From Perna viridis (taxonomy: Eukaryota): DNA of 64,000 nucleotides. The position numbers were made by a program, and so were the translations under genes. The stretch lies in assembly GCA_037379345.1 (NCBI GenBank), contig CM074515.1, forward strand, positions 3,596,001 to 3,660,000, given 5' to 3'. The notes under the pieces are model-generated. The model was not told the origin of the DNA and searched no databases. It saw only the letters and a program-made list of their open reading frames with translations. Every line of letters begins with the position of its first letter. The stretch's first letter is position 1. Of this stretch, positions 59,711 through 64,000 are shown piece after piece.

Positions 59711-60315
59711 GGTTTAATATGTCAAATGAAACAACACAAGAAGAACTTCAGAATATGGCAGCTTTTCTTGATAGATGTACACAAACAGAGAACTGGCCAG
59801 TATCTCTTAATAACTTACTACGATCTGAGCTGAATGATGTCTGTTTAGATAAATACAGTGCTTGTGTACTCACTGTGGTGCTTTACAGAGCTGTTAAACA
59901 TAAGCATTATGGTTTACTGGAATCACTTATGAGAAAGAAACAAAATACACCCAAGAAAGGAGTACCAGATAGAATGACCTCAGTCCAGTTCAACTATATG
60001 ATAAACAAAAAATGGAAAAATAGTACCTATAAGATTGAACTGATTGTACCATTGTTTGCTGGCAATTTAAAGAAATTTGAGAATGATGAAAGAATTAAGC
60101 AGCTTAGAAATGAGCATAAAGATGTCGTTCTCAGAATCTGTCATACAGAAAACGGACAGTATATGGAACAGAATATGAAGAAAATGAAGATCAAATTAGG
60201 TGGAAAAGATGAGCATGAAGTGAAAAGAGTTGGACAGGAGATGATCAAGATTGGTGGTTGTATCCAGAAAGAATTAGATATGAAACGCATGGTATTTATT
60301 CAAGATCTGAATTAG
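59711..60315 (+). CDS. Uncharacterised protein (main exon; 198 aa from ATG 59719, or 245 aa if spliced to 57276-57408)
   Basis: Longest ORF in the window, with coding-like composition, preceded by acceptor tttgcttacag at 59710. No family recognised. Confidence 0.7.
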
Positions 60316-60889
60316 TTGATAGCGCTGATACAAGTAGCTTTTGTCCATTCATGAAAACTTTGAGAACACTATATCCATTCATAAAGCCCTTGAGAACACT
60401 ATAGAATTGAAATCTTCAATCCAGATACATACATATATGTTCTTAGCTCCTAGAAAAGTCTAGAACTTTATTGCTTTTCAAGGTCAATTGTTAAAGTTTA
60501 TTCAGAATCAAATATTTACATAGTGAGGGGATGACACTTTTTGTAACCTTTGGTATTAATCTTTTCCTAATTGGATGCATGTCAAAATGTTTGAAATTTT
60601 TTTATTTTTTTTCAAAGTTAGCCATTCTGCAGTTTCTTTAAAATCCAAAGGATACTTATTTCTTTTAAAATGTAAAATTATTTTTCTTTAACAGGTAAAA
60701 TATGTTAGTGCAATTTTTTTTTTTATATAAATCTTAAGTGTCTGGAAACAATACAGACATGCAAGAATTGTGAAAAGTATCCTTCATCATGGTTAAATCA
60801 AGCTACATGTATATATAGTGATTATTGTTTGGATCGAATGGTTTCACTTTCTTGAAAAGCAGTAGATTTATAGTGATCATGCTGTCTAA

Positions 60890-61015
60890 ACATTCATTTG
60901 TCCACCCATTCATTTGTCCACCCATTCATTCATCCACCCATTCATTCGTCCACCCATTCATTCATCCACACATTGATTCGTTCACCCATTCATTCGTCCA
61001 CCCATTCATTCATCT
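60890..61015. repeat. 16-bp (cacccattcattcgtc)n tandem repeat
   Basis: ~8 degenerate units. Confidence 0.9.
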
Positions 61016-62043
61016 GCCCTCCGTTATTTTTATATGCCTGTATGTTTAGACAGGATGTATTATAATACTCAGGTCTCTACTTTCATTTTCACACTTTCGC
61101 ATAATACATGTAATTCCAAAAACCTGCTAACAAACTTTGATGAATTGTTTCCTTCTATTGATGTGGCATCAGTACCGTTTTGATTTTTCTAAAAATTTCT
61201 TATTTTTCTGTTATGAGTTATTGGACTTTATTCATAAAATAGCGGATTAATTATCCGTTTTTAGACTATAAATCAAAAACCTTTCAAGCAATGTCAATGG
61301 AACTTTAGTGGATCATCTAAGCTCACTTTCAATTTTTTTGAAAGTTTTCCTGTTTACAGTTTAGAATTAAGGGTGTGTTATTGTATAATGTTTGTTTTTC
61401 TTCTGATTTTGATTATTCCTTTTTTGATTTGTTCCTTATTTAATTCTTGTAAATTACTGTATCAGCAGATTTGATGCATTTTGGACTATTTTTTGCATTA
61501 TTAGGGGTCAAAGGGGCCACACCCAAAAAAATAGACTTTCTTATTTTTGGTCCGATTTAAAAAAATAACTTTTTATTGGATTCCTTATGAAAATCCCTGC
61601 TTGTATTTTTCAACCAGATTTAAAATATCTCTTACAGCTTTTGAGTTATAAGGGGTTAAAGGGGCCACACTGCAAAACATTGACTTTTTATTTTTGATCT
61701 GATTTTGAAAATATTTATTTGAATTTCAAATTTTGTTCAATATAGTGTCCAACCCAGTTGTAGTATCCATAATGAATTGTAAGACCCTATGCTTAAGTAT
61801 GTCAAAAACCAATAATTGTGTCTACACTTGCCCCATTTATTCAGGGTTTGACCACTGTGGTTGTATCATGCTATGCTCTGTGAAACTTTTTATTATATAT
61901 TTGTGTCTAACATTAAATCACAATCAAAATACAGAGCTGTAACGAGTTTGTGTCCATATTTGCCCAATCTTTGTAGGGTTTCAATCTATTTAGCCATATC
62001 TAGCAGTGCTTCAAAAAGCACTTTATTCCATCTGAGTGAGTTG

Positions 62044-62320
62044 AAAGAGTAATCAAGGGAACCAAGGTTATAGTGTTTTCTGGTGTAACATGTCAGTTGT
62101 GATATGAACACTCCATACGCAGGTGCTGAAGGGATGTTGCCACAGATGATAGGAAAGTTGACAATTTTGAATGAAAACAGACATACACAACAAAGAACAT
62201 AAAGTAACTAAAATCATACATACAAAGTAACAAAAGCAAATAAGAAACTCTGACTCCACTAAAAACTGGGAGCATGGACCAGGTGCACCAGTAGGGTAAG
62301 CGTCATCTACTTTTCTAGAA
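62044..62320 (-). mobile_element. Rearranged Naiad-type Penelope-like fragment
   Basis: 3'UTR sequence interrupted by an RT piece FKIVNFPIICGNIPSAPAYGVFISQLTCYTR (62172-62073). Confidence 0.8.
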
Positions 62321-63699
62321 GGGTTTCCTTTTGCAAACCATGGACTTTCTCATCTAACTTTCAGCACTTTAGCCCTCAAAATAATGTTAAAGTGTCTTTT
62401 CCTTATACTGTTACATTACATGTATCATTATGGTAATTATTGGATTTATTTTTTATTATTAATTCTATTCTGACCAACAAATTAAATTAAATTCTAAATC
62501 TTCAGACATTTAATGGTCAAAAATCAGTATAAAATATTTAGGCTTCCTATTCCTATTTGTCTGTAAAATGGAATTGAGTTATCTCCCTTCACTACTATCA
62601 TGTAATCATTGGTTAGATTATATTTTACCTACAGCTTGAGTATGGAAGAAGAAAAAGACAGTGGAATCGTTCACACATCATCACTGACAATTATGGCAAT
62701 GACAATTTAGAAGGAAATTTGACGCAAATATCATGTAAGTTTATACTTTAAGTGCTTTTTTGTTTATGAATCAGGCAAAATGTTGATAAGGTGTGGGACA
62801 TGAAGAAAATAATACACAGATTTTCTTGCAATATCCAAGTATTTATACCTTATAACCTCCAGAGTAACCATCAAAGTGTTTATAAAGTTTTCCTTGTTCA
62901 GATATTGATAGGTCAAATTTTGTTGAAAAATTTTCCACTCTTTTTCGCTATATTAGCAAAAAAAATACCTACATCTCAGATGCTTCAGTGTAAAAATAGC
63001 TTTTTGGTTGTTTTCTAGATGTATTGAATACATTTGAGGCAAAAATGACTAAATTGAGAAAGTTGATGTGCCACCCACTGCCTGATTCTTACACAGAATA
63101 GTATTTAAGTATTTTCCACCTTAATATTTTTATTTAGCTGCGAAAAATTGAGGTAAAATACATGTAATGGTATTGTGTTCATTATCTGTGTTGTCATCGT
63201 GCAAGATACATGTACTTGGTTTTCTTGCAATAACTTGAATATTAGTGTGTGTTTCTTGAAAAAAAAGTTTCTTACTACACAAGGAAGGTTGGTATTAATT
63301 TTGTAGGTATTTATCTTAACCCATTTCATAATAATGGCCAAACAGAGCAACTAAACAAGCCTTTTGTACAATTACATTTGTAAGTTACATGTATTTAACT
63401 CATGTACATTTGTATGGATCTCTATAAAATCTATACCTCTAAGGTCAGACTAATTTAAATGATATAAAACTTTGTATCACATTGGTTGTTTGAACTTTAA
63501 AAAGTCTTTAGTTTACAGGTTTTGTCAAATAAAGGGTGAATTCTAGACCAATATTTCTTATCCTTGAGTATGACAGGATTTCTTCGGTCATTTCAGTGGA
63601 TCATAAAAGTTCCTTAGAAGATTTTTACACGAGGAGGGTGGAGTCCAATCGGATAAGGTATGTACATCTAACTTGTCAAAACAGCTCTTTTAGAGGAGA

Positions 63700-64000
63700 A
63701 GGATACTGATACAACACCATAACTTGGGAGGTTAGTAGGGATACTGATACACCACCATAAATTGGGAGGTTAGGAGGGATACTGATACACCACCATAAGT
63801 TGGGAGGTTAGTAGGGATACTGATACACCATGATAATATTGGAGGTTAGGAAAGATATTGATACACCACCATAAGTTGGGAGGTTAGGAGGGATACTGAT
63901 ACACCACCATAAGTTGGGAGGTTAGTAGGGATACTGATACACCATGATAATATTGGAGTTTAGGAAAGATATTGATACACCACCATAAGTTGGGAGGTTA
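63700..64000. repeat. 38-bp tandem repeat with 114-bp higher-order structure, running off the window
   Basis: ggatactgatacaccaccataagttgggaggttagtag x ~8; the variant catgataatatt recurs at 63829 and 63943. Confidence 0.95.

Overview
AT-rich, intron-rich animal genomic DNA, most likely from a bivalve mollusc (inferred from Meta-type SINE, Helentron/HINE, Naiad-type Penelope and KolobokP-like repeats). I reconstructed three conserved spliced genes by hand. URI1 (minus strand) has 7 exons between 9161 and 466 and runs off the left edge. It is head-to-head with a complete 23-exon PHKB (plus strand, 9557-44021, 1097 aa, ending in CaaX CHIT). TP53INP/DOR (minus strand, 52489-51337, 246 aa) is convergent with PHKB. 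An orphan gene follows on the plus strand (57276/59719-60315). The introns are packed with transposon remnants. The most unusual are: (1) a very young composite-like element with two identical 467-bp terminal direct repeats, each bounded by short inverted repeats (KolobokP architecture), plus a solo-repeat-like relative; (2) a degraded RTEX-like LINE whose ORF1 joins RRM, three CCHC knuckles and an SGNH esterase; (3) minisatellites made from LINE reverse-transcriptase coding motifs at 5' truncation points. URI1 also carries a 2-codon uORF whose stop overlaps its start (TGATG). No prokaryotic features, CRISPR arrays, rRNA or tRNA genes were seen.
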